Assembly: GCA_040954595.2 (NCBI GenBank)
Contig: CM082591.2
Span: forward strand, 2,813,258 to 2,877,257
DNA length: 64,000 nt
Direction of reading: 5' to 3'
DNA from: Balanoglossus misakiensis
Taxonomy: Eukaryota; Animalia; Hemichordata
Notes under the pieces: model-generated
Database searches by the model: none
What the model saw: only the letters and a program-made list of their open reading frames with translations
What the model was told of the DNA's origin: nothing
Shown: one piece after another, positions 30,714-44,216 of the stretch
Position numbering within the stretch: position 1 is the first letter of the stretch
Layout: every line of letters begins with the position of its first letter
Translations under genes and position numbers: made by a program

Positions 30714-33634
30714 CGCCGTTAGATTCTGTCTGGAGACACGGTTACAGCAAAGGTGGGAGAGGGGGGACAGCAGAGTGAGGGAACATCAACTAGTAAAGCA
30801 CCTGTTAGCAGTGGTACAACCACACTGAGTGCCGCGAACAGGTGCATTGAAGGTTAAGCGCGGCCATGGAATTTCCACGCATGCGCCTGCCTCAGATCAG
30901 CGCTGTAACTATGGCCACGGTATTGATTCTGTTTGCAAAATATCATCAGTGCACATTTGATACATGTGCAGGTCGGCTGAAAAGGTGAACCTTAGTACGT
31001 GCCAGAGTAGCTCAAACGAAGATAAAGAGATATTACGTTCACTGAGTGTTAATATTATCCTCGTGACGAAATGGACCCCAAGACAATCATGGTCTTAGGG
31101 CTCCCGTTCGTCGGTGAACGTGAACGTTATGCTGGGTGAAAGTGAACGCTATGCGGTGTGAAAGTGAACGCTCTGAAACTATTCATAGTGAATCTGATAA
31201 CCCCCTGCGGCGGGGCGTACTGCACTTTAGTTGGTTACCGAATCAAGCTATTGTAGGAGGCCCCCCAACCCCAGACCTCTTTTGTCTCGATGCAGATCTT
31301 AAGCTTTTTGGTGTTTCCTTTCTCTACTGAGTCTCACAATGGGATGCCTTGGGTAAACCCGATTTGTTCAGTCGCAGGAGACTGTGATTGGTCTACTTCT
31401 GGCAGCGATTGAAAACCTTTTGCAGACGCTGTACACGCTCATAATTTTAAATCCAGTAATTGCGGCTTTGTACATCGTGAAAATATCGCCTGGCGTCCAA
31501 CGACAGGTTTTGTTCGTAGCTATGATGAAATTATAACACCTAATCACGAAAAATGTTTGTGCTTGTGAAAAATTAGGAAAACGAACGAGCGTCTCCCATT
31601 TGATATTTGAATTTTAGTCCGGACTAAAATTCAGTGGTCATACGACCATGACATGAAGGCAAACATGAGTACTATTGCGCCCCCTTATTGTGATATATTT
31701 GCAGTATAATATCATGCCATTATATGTCTTCATAACACACTTCCAGATCTAAATTTCATATTTAGAGTTGACGCGATGATTGGCAGTGAGGACGATCATG
31801 AGAAGGAACCTTTGCCTGAAACTACGGTTTAATTAGTGGCCATTTGTCTTCATTTGGTAAATACTTGTATATTGGTATTTTCATCATTCGTTATCTCTAA
31901 TATGTTATCGCGAATTTCAATCGCAATTTAGAGTAATGACTATTTTTAGAGTGTTTGATTGATCGAGACGTCGGATTCAGACGCCAAAATGGAACAACCA
32001 GCACGTAGCAACACAATGTACGCATTGTCTCACGTATCGACTGACCAATTAATGTTATAGCGGAGCATATTGAAGAATACGCAACAGGTAAAACGTACGC
32101 ATGTGCACAGCAGATCCATGGTCTAGGGCCTGTGGTTAATCAAAACATGGTCAGTTAGTCAGATAGACAGACAGACACACGTAATCATGTGGGCTGGAAC
32201 TCCTCAACGATTCTACATAGCTGATAAAGCTCTAACTCCGGCCAAGGCAACGTTCTTGGCAGTTCTAGTCTTCTACAGAAACGATGGAGAGCCATCGTCG
32301 ATTGATTGTCACACCTGTCTGGGTTTCTCTAATAAAACCACCATCACGCATGTCACAAGCTTATTAAATTTGGTAGAATAATCAGTCTGTCCATTGTTGT
32401 TCCTCATGATTTACGTGTGGCATGTACGTTGCTGTGTACTAGGATGTATTTATAGACAAATGATGATCGCAAATACTTTAATATCAATAAAAAATTATAT
32501 ATGTCAGAGAGATAACCCAGTACATGTATGTCTGTGTAGGGTTTAGTTTGTCTTCTGAACCATTTTGTAGGTCGACTCTTAGTTCAAACAGTGGATTTAT
32601 CTATATTTTAAACAACATTCTCCATCTGTCCGTTTCTCTCTCTGTCTGTCTACCCGTCCGCCCACCGATTTGCCTTCCTTTAATCAGTCTAGTTTCACAC
32701 TTTTCTGTCTGTGTTTGCCTCTCCACGGCCTGCCACTGTCCAGCAGGTACTTGTCTTGTCAAAACGAGCGATGGATCCAGCCAGTATTTAATCATATGAG
32801 CCACATTGATCATACTGCCTGATTGATTTACGAGAATGAAATTATTAAGTCCTTTATTGGTTGTATTTAAGTAACAAAAATGATAACAACCGTCGGTGAA
32901 GTACACATATCAACACTGATATGAACTGTTGCCCATTCCTCAATCTCTGTGTGTTCAAAATCGTCGTAATGTGGTCTCTCATTGCCTTACAGTGAAACGA
33001 CGATGATTTTTGTTGTTGTTTTTTGTCCGGAGACATAAAATAAGCAAAAATGTTAAAACTCCCTTAGGCAGAATGCGGTAGACTATCTGATGATGAAAGT
33101 ACGCAAATAGTTCTCGGTCAACTCGACCTTGAGACAGTATACGCAGGCAGACTCCTTTAAGAGGAAATTACATTGCTTAGGGCATTTCTATAGGAGCAAA
33201 CTGTGGAACGTAATGTTAATTGGAAAGATACGATACGATGCACTGCGCACCTGTTCATTTTATGCAACGTTACTATGGCGACTTGTAAACACGCGGACGT
33301 ATTTTGAGATGTCTGGCTAGCTGTTTTGTAGAAGAGCAACATATTTCATTCCATCGGAACAACTGATAATTGACTCTATTATATTAATTGATCAGATAAT
33401 CTCCTACTCCCGCGTGACAACCGTTTCTTGTCTGTCGACACAAAGCAATTGCGTTCCCGGGTGATACCACATACTAAGCCCTGTTATGTGTCGAGGGAGG
33501 ATGATATATCTCGGTCATCAAATCCACACTGTCCCAAATAACTTTGTTCATTACTTACCGGTTGTACAAGATATTGTGTAGAAATATGAGGGCGTTTTTG
33601 TCGGTGAATGAACAGACATGTTGTTTGTCGAGGC

Positions 33635-33838
33635 ACATACATACATGTACATACATACATACATACATACATACATACATACATACATACATACATACAT
33701 ACATACATACATACATACTTGCATACATACATACATACATACATACATACATACATACATACATACATACTTGCATACATACATACATACATACATACAT
33801 ACATACATACATACATACATACATACATACATACATAC
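33635..33838. repeat. (TACA)n microsatellite, about 200 bp
   Basis: Long acat/cata array with two ttgc interruptions; it generates the spurious MYVC/HTYI ORFs. Confidence 0.97.
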
Positions 33839-36800
33839 AATTAACACGGCCATTGTTTAATGTTCTGAACATGATTAAATAGTTTTTCCTTGTGAGATTT
33901 GTCAGGTTGCATAACCTTAATTTTAACATCCACTCAAAGACATTCCAGATATGCTTTTTAAATAGTTTATCCCCTGTTTTTCTTGCCTACACTCGAACAG
34001 TTACTGCGCCCTCACGCGAGCCTCTTGTACTCTGCAGGTGATAGAAATAGCATCATGCAGAATCACCTGTAGCGGGCTAAATGTGTCCAAGAGGCACCAA
34101 CATATGCGGATGTCAAAATGAGAATACGATTCAGTGGGTTTTGTCTGAATAACCAATAAACATACGCCAGGGATTGATTTATGTACGTTCGAAATCCCAT
34201 GGCTTATCGGCTCAGTGGAGTTTTGAGGACTTATAGTGATATCTGAAGCACGCCCCCCTCTCTGGTAGTAACGAGACACTGAATAAACTATCAAAGTACG
34301 TTAAGTTTCAAAGTTCGACATGGCACTGTGCTGCAAAGTATGCAAACAACACCCGTCATTGAAAGATCAACTCGGCATAAATCAGAGTCTACGCACTTCG
34401 CTACAAGACTAGCGTTTAGCGCCCTCATGGGCGATGTTTGAATCACACCTTGACTGTGATGACGTCATGGGGAAGTCAGAGTTATTGTTGTGTGTCACCC
34501 TTGAATTTGCCGCGTAAAATTGTCTTTGTTTCTTAGTTCACTTAATAATTGGCACGGCCTATTAGTCATTAAAAACCCATCCGTTTTTTTTGTCAGATTG
34601 AGAGTATAATCATATTTCAAATATACATAACATAAATATGACTGTCACAATTAGGCAGCTCAGGCACTTGACCAATTGCATTGAGATGTTGGTCATTGTA
34701 AGCACTGGGCAATCAACAAATAGGCCTATGTAATTTATAACCATACTGGGATAAACACATATAGTACACGGGAGAGAAATACTTAACAGAGGAAGAAAGA
34801 GCAAAATACATGTCTGACAAAGAGAGGCATTGAATATATGATTATAATAAACAGCCACGTCTTACCTCTGCATATTTGCTTTTTCTGTTGGTAAACAGTT
34901 TCAAGTTCACGTTGGGACATCTTTTCATGATCGCGTCCATTGTGTATCAGGCTTGACCACTTCACCAGTGGTGGTCAATCTCTGTTTTCTGGCAAGAGCA
35001 GAACACCGCTGTCCAGGAACTCGCTGAAATAAATGCACTGTTGTTGCTTTTGGGTCAATGTTATACCTGCGTGTGCTACTTCCTTTTTTGTCGTGGGAAC
35101 ACACGACTTTAAGTGACTTCCTGGTTGCATGCAGTCGACGTTAGCCTCTTATCGTTCAACTTTTGACCTGGTGCACGACAAAAACTATGGAGGGGGCAAT
35201 TTATTTAACAACCAGAGAACTTTGGAAGGCATACATACCCAAATTGTCGTTAATATAAAAAAAATAAGTTACTTTATATAGTTAATGTATGTTAGCATTC
35301 AAAATCAGCACAGTACAAAGAAGCCTGGTCTAAATTTTAAATTTATTTCTCAAAAATTAAATTTAACATACTGGAGTGTTATCAAGTGAGTGTCACGCGC
35401 CCGTCACGCGAATTGAAAATGTCGAAACTTAAGTGGTTGAAGGGTGACGCAGAAAATCACGCAGCACACCGACACAATATTGTTGTTTATAAGATAACTT
35501 GTATCGCCTATATAGGTCAGTGATCTTCAACCCATTTCTGACACAGCATGTTAGGCCACAGACCCCCCGGGAAACTTTCCCGTGGGTTTGAGGTGAGGTC
35601 CGTGTGGTAGAACAGTGGGCGAGTCAGTACAACAGTCTGTAAATTGGGAATGTTTTTCTCAAAGAACAAGATTCCTCAGGTGTATTTACTGACCCAAATT
35701 CGCCAAATGTTTACTGCTGGCATGGTCAAAGGTTAACTGGCTGACTAACAAACAGAAAATGTCACATGATCGTATTTCTCGCTTCATCAGTTCCACCTCG
35801 AAGTCCTATGCTACTGTATTTCAAATAAAATATATGCTGATTCCTTCTCTCTCAGGCACTAGTTTTTCATTAGAAGGAGCAAAGTGCACCTATTTACATT
35901 TTTGAAAGTTTCATGTTGAACTTTAGCATATTCATTCAAATTTCCTGTGATATCCATGAATGTGAACTTAAACTGAAGTAAAGTTAAAATATGCCAGAGT
36001 ATGTCCATAGACAGGGATTTGCTTCATAGGGTATTGTGATTTCTATAAGTGTTTTCAATATCACGAATTTGATTACAACAACACAAGCAACAACAACAAC
36101 AACAACTGAGTTTTGTTTTATTTTTTTTGCAGAAACGACATAGACACAATCACAACCACCAATTGGACTACAACCAGAGTATGCTGTTTCTAGTGTTATC
36201 ATGATCTGAATTGAAGAAACAAAGGTCAGTTATGTTTAATGATTTTGCATATGTGAAGGACTTATCGGTTGCTTCGCATCTAAGGTCAATTCAATGTCGC
36301 GGCGTGTGTTTATCTCCGTTGAAGGCGAGAGTCACCGAGCAAGTGTTTAAATGATCAATGGAGGGAGTTTAACCACAGGGATATATTCAAGGAAAGTATA
36401 GTAATAATTATATGATAGAAACTGAGTAAGTTTGTTGTCTGTCAACTCTTCTGTCTTTCTCTCACCGATACGATTCTAACCGAAACACTGAGGTTTCTCT
36501 GCTCGCGCACAGTATAGTAAAAACAATGGCACAGTTATTTAATATGGGGTACACTTGCGACAGGCCGTGATTTCGCTATCCAGCACAATCACGGCCATCC
36601 GGCATTCTCCACTTGTCTAGTAAGACAAGGTAGGAGGTCAGCTGGAGGTCAGGTGGTATGAAGAGTTCGCCAAAAAGGGCGCATCCCGCGAGCAGGACAG
36701 CCTTGGTGTATCGGTAAGAGAAACGTTAGAATCGTAAGGGTAAAAGAAAGGAAAAAGAAGAAAAATAGGCTGACCGACAACTTTTTCTGTTAAATCCCTG

Positions 36801-37507
36801 AATTAATCTCTGTGGTTTAACCGTTGGGTTTTATTTATGAAGTCATGCACACAACAAGATAGATTCCAGTCCCAAGTTTATTTCTGAAGTTGAAATATAA
36901 ATAAACTTACTACAATATAAAGCAGTTTACACTAAATCCGCTAAAGTAACCGTAATATGTTTTAAAAATTAAACGTCAGTAGCTATAGGTTGATATGTGA
37001 CATTTTGTCGTACAATTGCAACATTTCTCAAGTTTGGCGCCCTCAAACGATAACCGCAAGAAATTTCATACAGCGAACTTCTCGCGCAGAACAATTGAAA
37101 CTGATGTTCTAAAATGTACAGGCATATAGGTTTTACTGATATCATGACTTTAAAATCTTCCAGTAAAATAGTTTGGCTTTTCGTATGTAGGTGATCTTTA
37201 ATACAATTAAAAACGGTCTGTTGCAGTTGGTGGCGCTCTACTATTTCGTACTATTCATCCTCGTGTGCTTAAAGTCTAAACAAAATTCTATACATGCCAG
37301 AAGAATTAAACTTAACATTGATATCTTCAGAAGGGGAACTCTACTTAAATTTTCATTTTTGAACTGGTATTTATGAAAATATTATCGCTTGTTGGAGAAA
37401 ATGACAGCGTTTGCGTGAGACAAACGATATACAGAGGGTAACAGTATTTTGCAAAATATAATACATGACGCGGAGAACGTCGATTTGAGTTGCCATGGTG
37501 ATAGCGT

Positions 37508-39618
37508 TTAGGGTTCTTCAACTGAGTTTCCGGTGAATGACTTCTGGGCCAGGCATTCGTCGAGGACGCCATTTTCTACAGACAAAAAAAGACGCTTGTC
37601 AAAAATATGTCCAATAATGTATATTTATACACATTTCAAGAAAACTGAGGTAGCTTAAACCTAGCCGTTAATAATTATGGTCATACCCATTCATATGCTG
37701 ATGTCCATAGGTCAAATATACAGTATTTTCATGGGAAGTTGTAAAGTGATGTAAGCTTTTTCGAAAATAGTAAGCATACACTGCCCCACATGTAAATGAG
37801 CTTAGTCTAGGCAAAGTCCCAGGTAGACAACCTCTAGCAATGGGCAAATCTTTTGACAAATAGCAGGTTTTGTGATGCAGGATGAAAAATAGACGACTAG
37901 AAGAAAGGTTCCATGATTTGTGGTTGGTTTCTGAATGCTTTGGTGTCTATATAGAAATTTCCTTACCTTTAAGTTCCATGTATGTGAGAATATCTTTAAC
38001 GACATCTTCAACATCGGTGGCTGTGTCGTATTCTAATGAACCACGTTTTCCGGCTAAGTTGGCAAAACAGAATCAAATATTTAAAAGATCATGTAGGATG
38101 ATTGGGTTTTGGTAACATATAAAACTAGAACCATCATTGTTACAGAGGTAATTGCTGTTAATAATCCATAAAAACAATTTAATAATCATGAAAACAAGGA
38201 CTTACTTTTACTGAAAATAAAAGGAGTCCACCTTTTGCCTTGTCTTCTGTTCGGTCCGCCTGCAACTGTTGAGAGGGGAGAGATCTTTAATTTAATCCAT
38301 TTGCTCTTTGATGAGCTGGTAAACAGTGTCTCTGAACCAGTGATCTTGCAGTTAAGATATTAAAATTGTTACTTACCATGGATAGAAAGGGGTCTAGGCC
38401 ACACGCCCCTCGCTCTTTTTTCTGTATCCCTCTGAAAATTATAGATGTGAATTTAAAGTTATTAAAGGATTACAATCACTTCTGTTAGTACAGAAATTGG
38501 TGATTTGTCAACTAGATTTACTGAACTGAAACAATTTGTTTTAAAGATCCATCATTTAACTATATCAAAGAAAATGTCAATGATAAAAAAATCTAGAACA
38601 AAAAGGTGATAAATGTCAGTTGATTAGGAAATGTGCCACGAGCAGCCAGTATATAATTTGCGAGAGGTCATCGCTCATACCGGTACTACAATTTCTCAAA
38701 CTTGATATTAAATATCACAAGTAGAACTGTGTCACGTCTTCCGAGTGACTTTGTAATCCGTCTATCTGTGTGAGCTTGCGGGAAGATATATGTAGTTTCT
38801 TCAGAAAACATCAATATTATACATCCATATCTTATTTGATAAGAGAAATATTATAACCATAGTGTTTGCGCATCTGCTTTTACAGATATTTAAGCCGAAT
38901 AGGTTGGAATTTAGACCCTCCAAATGAAAGCCTCATTATCGTTCACAAAGTCATTTTAAGGCTGTTGTAATTGACTCAGCTGATCACGCTAATCGATAAA
39001 CGCCAGACTTTATTACTTTTCAACGAATAACAATGATTTCCAAGTATTTACATCCCTAGAGGTTCATCTAGTTTTCCTTCCCTTGCAACTATTCTACAGG
39101 TTTTGTTTGGAATCATAGGTGGTGATGTAGAGTCTATAGTGTGACACTTACTCTGCTTCTGATTATACCCCAAAGTTTTATCCATTAAGGATTAAAATAC
39201 TTGCATGCAACATGTCTGCCTAAATGTACATAACTGCAGTGTGTCTACAACTTGTCAGACTACATATATGTGTGTCTGCAATCTATCTGCTGAAATCTGT
39301 TGGCTGTCTCTGCAAAATGTCTGCCTGCATAACAGTGTGTCCACAACATGTTTTCCTATCTTTCGGCGTGTCTGCAACTTGTCAGTCTATACGCCTGTGT
39401 GTCTGGAACCTATCTGCCTATAGCTTTTTGTCAGTATGTCTCCACCAGTCATTACTGTTAACAGAAAGTGGCAGTTCTTGTGTGACTATAGAGCAGTTCC
39501 AAAAACCCTGTCCATGCGGCATGTCATGACAAACTTCTCTTACCTTTTCAACGGAGTCTGCGCTGATAGCCATGACTGTGAGAGCAAGGAGGAACCCACA
39601 ACTAATTAACAGCTTCAT
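37508..39618 (-). CDS. Neuropeptide precursor, galanin/spexin-like (114 aa, 5 coding exons)
   Basis: Exons 39618-39544 (75 nt), 38431-38377 (55), 38265-38206 (60), 38053-37967 (87) and 37575-37508 (68), all GT-AG with phases 0,1,1,1, give MKLLISCGFLLALTVMAISA-DSVEKR-DTEKR-ARGVWPRPLSIHVAGGPNRRQ-GKR-WTPFIFSKT-GKR-GSLEYDTATDVEDVVKDILTYMELKENGVLDECLAQKSFTGNSVEEP*. It has a signal peptide, dibasic sites, two G-K-R amidation signals and a GMAP-like motif. The precursor call is strong; the family call is inference. Confidence 0.85.
39205..39420. repeat. Degenerate short tandem repeat (gtgtctgcaa/acttgtcag motifs) in the first coding intron of the galanin-like gene
   Basis: Recurring gtgtctacaacttgtcag, gtgtctgcaatctatctgc, gtgtccacaacatg and gtgtctgcaacttgtcag units. 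Confidence 0.6.
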
Positions 39619-42600
39619 CTTGAAAGACTTGTGATAGTTTCTGGAGAAAGGAATATAGAGAGGTTCTGTATTAGCCTTAATTAGGTTCTGTATTAGCCTT
39701 AATTACCCCAAGTTGCAATTAACCACAAATTCAGAGCCTCTAAAAATTAAAAGTTGTATGTGATTGTCAATTGCTGATTCCACGGGCACATGCTAGAGTT
39801 GTAGTACAGGTGTATATAGAAGCCATGTTCTGCTCAATCAAGCATATCAGATTGCTAATCTACTTCTATATACGAAGACAAAAATAAATGCATTTAGACT
39901 GATAAGATGATTGCAGAATGAGTATTTTATTCGCTCGATGATTAGATTAATAATGTTCAGAGAGAGAGCTAGACAGAGAGAGATAGAGAGACACTCAGAC
40001 AGACACGCAGACAGAAAGACCGTTTGTGTCACTCACTTTCCTATTTCAACACGTGCCTTTAATTTCTCTGCTGCAGTACTTAAAACTGAAATGCCTGATC
40101 ACACATTCAACACACACAAGTCAGTAAGACGAGTTTGTATCGGCAAATCAGGCAAGTTCCTCGACAGAAATGACTGCGCTTCTCCGGGATTACGCGCGTA
40201 TTCATTATCTATTCAGTCAACGATCCCTGTGAAGACACTTTAATCACGGAACTTCTCTGCAAGGGCGAACGCCAAAACGGTGGGCTTAAACTATGTGTAT
40301 CGCTGACTTCCAATTAAAGCCATGGTCTGCAGGTTAATGATCGCTGTTGGGACACATCCTGGCATAGTTAACATAGATAGCCTGTGACAGACTGACAACT
40401 TTGATTAAATTTGCTCTCTCGTTTTGAGGTTTCTTGACAAGAAAATCCTTTTCCACTTGATGCATTCTCTTAGCGATATTAAGTGAAAACTCTCCATAAC
40501 CTACATGTTTGTAAAGCTGCCTACAGATCCACTTGCATACAATGTTAGGAGTATGGGTAAAATGATAAACAGACCACTTATTTTCAAAATACACAGCCTT
40601 ACAGAATGCAATCAGACAATATTAGTCGACTGCTTTGGAAAGAGTGGCATTGCCTTATCTTATCTGATATGGTATCTAGGGTTTTCAGTGTTAAAGATAG
40701 GCTAATTTGATAACAAGAACAAGAAAACACGTAACGCTTTGCGTTTGTTACTTTTTCGCCGCAAACACCGTTCTCCCATAACAGCATTCTTTACGCCCGT
40801 CGGTCATTTTCGCTTCTTCCATAATTGATGTAATTTCCTAGCGGATTAGTTTACTCAAGATAGCATCGAGTCGATTACTACTTTGAACCAATCATCGACT
40901 GTTCCGATCAGGTTTCTCTGTGAAACTAGTGATTTCTGATCGAACGCGAATTGACCACCGAAATGCAATCTTTCGAAGGCACGCCAAGCTGACCTTAGGA
41001 ACAAATATGCACATCTTTTACTAATTGTTATATGCTACACTTGTATCGAGGTCACAGCTTTCTGGGGTGGCTTAATCGGTCCATTAAATAAGGCTAGATG
41101 TAAATGTAGCTTCCTTTATAATGTGTATTCAAGCTTGGTACAGACTACAGGTTCTTGATTAGTTTAATTTGTTTTGATAGGTTCTTAACGTAGGCTAATT
41201 GCTTTCTGAGGGATATCTTAGCGTGGAATAGTCTAGGCTGTTTTGCTCTGCTTTCGTGCATGAGAAGGGACGTAGGGAAGTCTTGTGGCCTACCGTATAA
41301 CTTCATTTGCGAAGTAAGAAGCACGCATTTTTAGATTTTGTGGTTGATAAGGCACCAGAAACGGTGAATTTGTGATTCGTTATTTTTACGGGTTGGTGAT
41401 AAATGCAATGAAGTCGAAACAGACAGTTATCGCTTGAGTGAAAGATTTTAAAGACATAACACGCTCTAACGTAATTTCCACACACACTTTCATGCTCGGA
41501 TTCGCGCAATATCCTTGATGTCTTCGTTGTAGTAACACAACATAGTATGCATCTGAATAGATCCACACTTTACCCATTAAGGAATTGCTTTAGGAGTCAT
41601 TGAGTCAAGGCTTTAGAATGCTAAAATGGTATAGTAGCCAGTGATTTAAAAAATCCTGTGGGGATATTACTTTAGGATATGTGACTGTTTAAATGTTTGA
41701 TGCCTCTCTTTATACTTTAAACCCATTTAATGCTTAAGAGGAGCCATGAGAAACCTAACAATCGATAGGAAACGACTTGTAAGAAGGGAAATGTTTATAT
41801 GGAAATTTGCCAAATAGACAAGTAATTGTATGTCACATTTTTTGTTTTACTTTTCATTTGCACCTTTTATTAGGTAGCTGTATAGTATGAAACTCAGTGT
41901 AAATGTCTTAACACAGCTAGGATGCTGAAACGGCCTTAACAATAGCGATCACCCACTGTGTATATGTCGCGACAAAATCTGACAATGGGAACTGTACACG
42001 CCGCACCTTCTGGGATATCACTAAACTCCATTAGTCATTTTGCGATGCGTCTGTCACAGTTCTCAAACAGGCCGAATATTTATCATTTTCCGTGTGTTTC
42101 TTATCGAGATATGCGTTAGATGGGGAACACGCAGATCAGATAGAATGACCATAGTTTATGACCCATTACCTTGACATTTGGTCCAGTCAAAGCGAACGAA
42201 TCGCGCTTTGCTTTGGAGTGTAGGTTTAGTCTGTTTGCTGTATTCTTCGAGTAAATACCACATGAGAAGATTGTGAAAGCTGATGGACGCAGCTTATCGT
42301 AAAAGTGACATGTTTGTTCTGTATGATGAGGTAGGGCATACCGTTGTTGTTTAAATATCATTTCGGCAATCCATCATTACGTCGCGTTCGTTTTTCTCTC
42401 TAGTATCACTGTAACGTCTCTCGTCACTGTCGTCATGTGTGAAATTTCGTGATTAAAGCAAAACTGACAATTAAAGTCTCACCTGTGTCACAGGTGTGAC
42501 TTCACTACTTCCGTCAGTCAAAATTAAGTAATCCTTCAAAAATTTCCAGTTAACCAAAGTTCTTAAATATGCAAATTAATTATGCAAGCAACGACTACCA

Positions 42601-43954
42601 AAATCCAATCAAGTGTGGATCTTCACCACTTTGCATGCTGCATCAGTTTGATGATTTCAATAGCAAGCTTCTTATATGTTAGCGCTTTTTATTCCGTGGG
42701 TTTGTATCAAAATAATCTGCGTTGCTTTCACATTCCTCGGTGTACAAAGTAATGGTTAAACAGCTGACGATAACACGGGAGTGATCATTTTGATAGGGAA
42801 AAGGTTAAGACGAGACTTTTCTTATATTGTTACGCGATTCATGCAAAATTGACCATTATTGGTCTCCCTAATGGCACATTTGCCATTACTTCTAATCGCC
42901 AAAATGCCAAATAGTTCGGTTCTACCACTCTGTGACATCTACTTGATTTTCCCTGATTGAAACGATTTATTTAGCTAATATCACTTTGGTCCCAGGTACA
43001 ACTGACTGGTGTGTACGCCCACTTATGTTGTAATGCCCTGTCATTTTGCCTGTGTTCCGGATTTGTGTTGGAGATATCGAATCGTTATTTTTATTCCAAC
43101 TGATAGTGTCCAACGTCACTCCTGACTCTTGTCATCTTGCAAAACTTCTCAATGTTTGCAATGTTAGGGTGTCTTCAATTACTATGCATCTTCTAAGTAA
43201 AGGTCACCTATGCATTAGCCTTTCCTAGCTATGACTTTCTAAGGAATGACCGCCTACAAAGATCTTGTTGGAAAAGGTTAACAGCCAAATCCTTATGACC
43301 GATGGAAAGACATGCGACCACTGCTATTTGCTAGTTTTTAGCCGTAAACCAACACAGGAAGACATGATGGACAGACAATAATGACGTAATGATACACTTT
43401 CCTTTGTCTCTTGTACTGAATGTATAACAGTATATATCCTTTGAGACCGACCCATCAAATATAATTTTTCGTATGTACTTCCGTCCGTTTACATGGTAAT
43501 TGCCGGCAAGATAAAATGGTAGTTTTTACTGGTGATATACTAATGGTATTAATAGTGCCTTGTTAAGGCATGTTACAATGAAAATGCCCAGCTGCTTCAA
43601 GTTCCCTTTAATAGTCATAAGCAAATCTTGATCATTGAACATCTGGGCACGCTGTTTTAGATAAAGCGCGTTGGTTATTCCTTTCTTCATCAAAACTGTC
43701 AGCTCAGCAGGTTTGAACTGAAGTCACAGACTTTGGTGTAACTTGGTTTCTTGCTACACTTTCTGTATACGCTATTAAGAATAAGCTAGTGCGGTCCGGG
43801 TTTTTGTGGTGAATGAAAGAAATAATCACTGTCCACGAGTTGTTTATGATGTAATTTTACCATGATATGACGCGTAAAATGTTACATCGTTCAGTTTGGG
43901 GCTACTTTCTCTACAAACACAGATAATAGAAATATAATTTTTAAACACACTTAC

Positions 43955-44216
43955 CGAAAAGTATGAGGTATAAAATATATGGCTTCCAAAAAGTAGCTCC
44001 CGTCTCTCGTAACTTCGTTCGTTCCAACTCTTCAGTATCAGCACGCCTCAACACCAGACTCCGCGTGGTCTTTTATAGCCGGGGTGTTGTGTGATCACGT
44101 GACGTGGTCGTCGGTCCCGCCCCCGTACTCGTAGAGAACTAAATCTCATTTGAGCTCAATTGACGCAGGAGTTAACCTCACATTCGATACGCTACACAGT
44201 CCCTTCTGTGACGTCA
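43955..44216 (-). promoter_or_regulatory. Putative promoter and non-coding exon 1 of the galanin-like gene
   Basis: Minus-strand TATAAAA (44071-44077), TCACGTGA/TGACGT (44095-44105), GC box (44116-44123) and full CRE TGACGTCA (44209-44216). A strong donor cg|gtaagt at 43955/43954 could splice to the acceptor ctttctccag| at 39640, 22 nt upstream of the ATG. Confidence 0.55.

Noticed and set aside
31608-31633. 26-bp perfect palindrome tgaattttagtccggactaaaattca
   Set aside because: Isolated, with no context for a function; probably a collapsed TE end.
33484-33929. MYVC/HTYI-repeat ORFs (also 49632-50171 and 14164-14352)
   Set aside because: Translations of microsatellites.
37967-38053. GRP precursor similarity (NLLGLIEAKEN vs DILTYMELKEN)
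   Set aside because: No WAxGH(L/F)M-amide peptide; the longer GMAP match and the intron pattern fit galanin better.
39418-39618. 66-aa single-exon secreted peptide with two Cys (ORF track)
   Set aside because: A strong donor (AAG|gtaaga) at 39544 ends the exon; the Cys-containing remainder is intron read-through.
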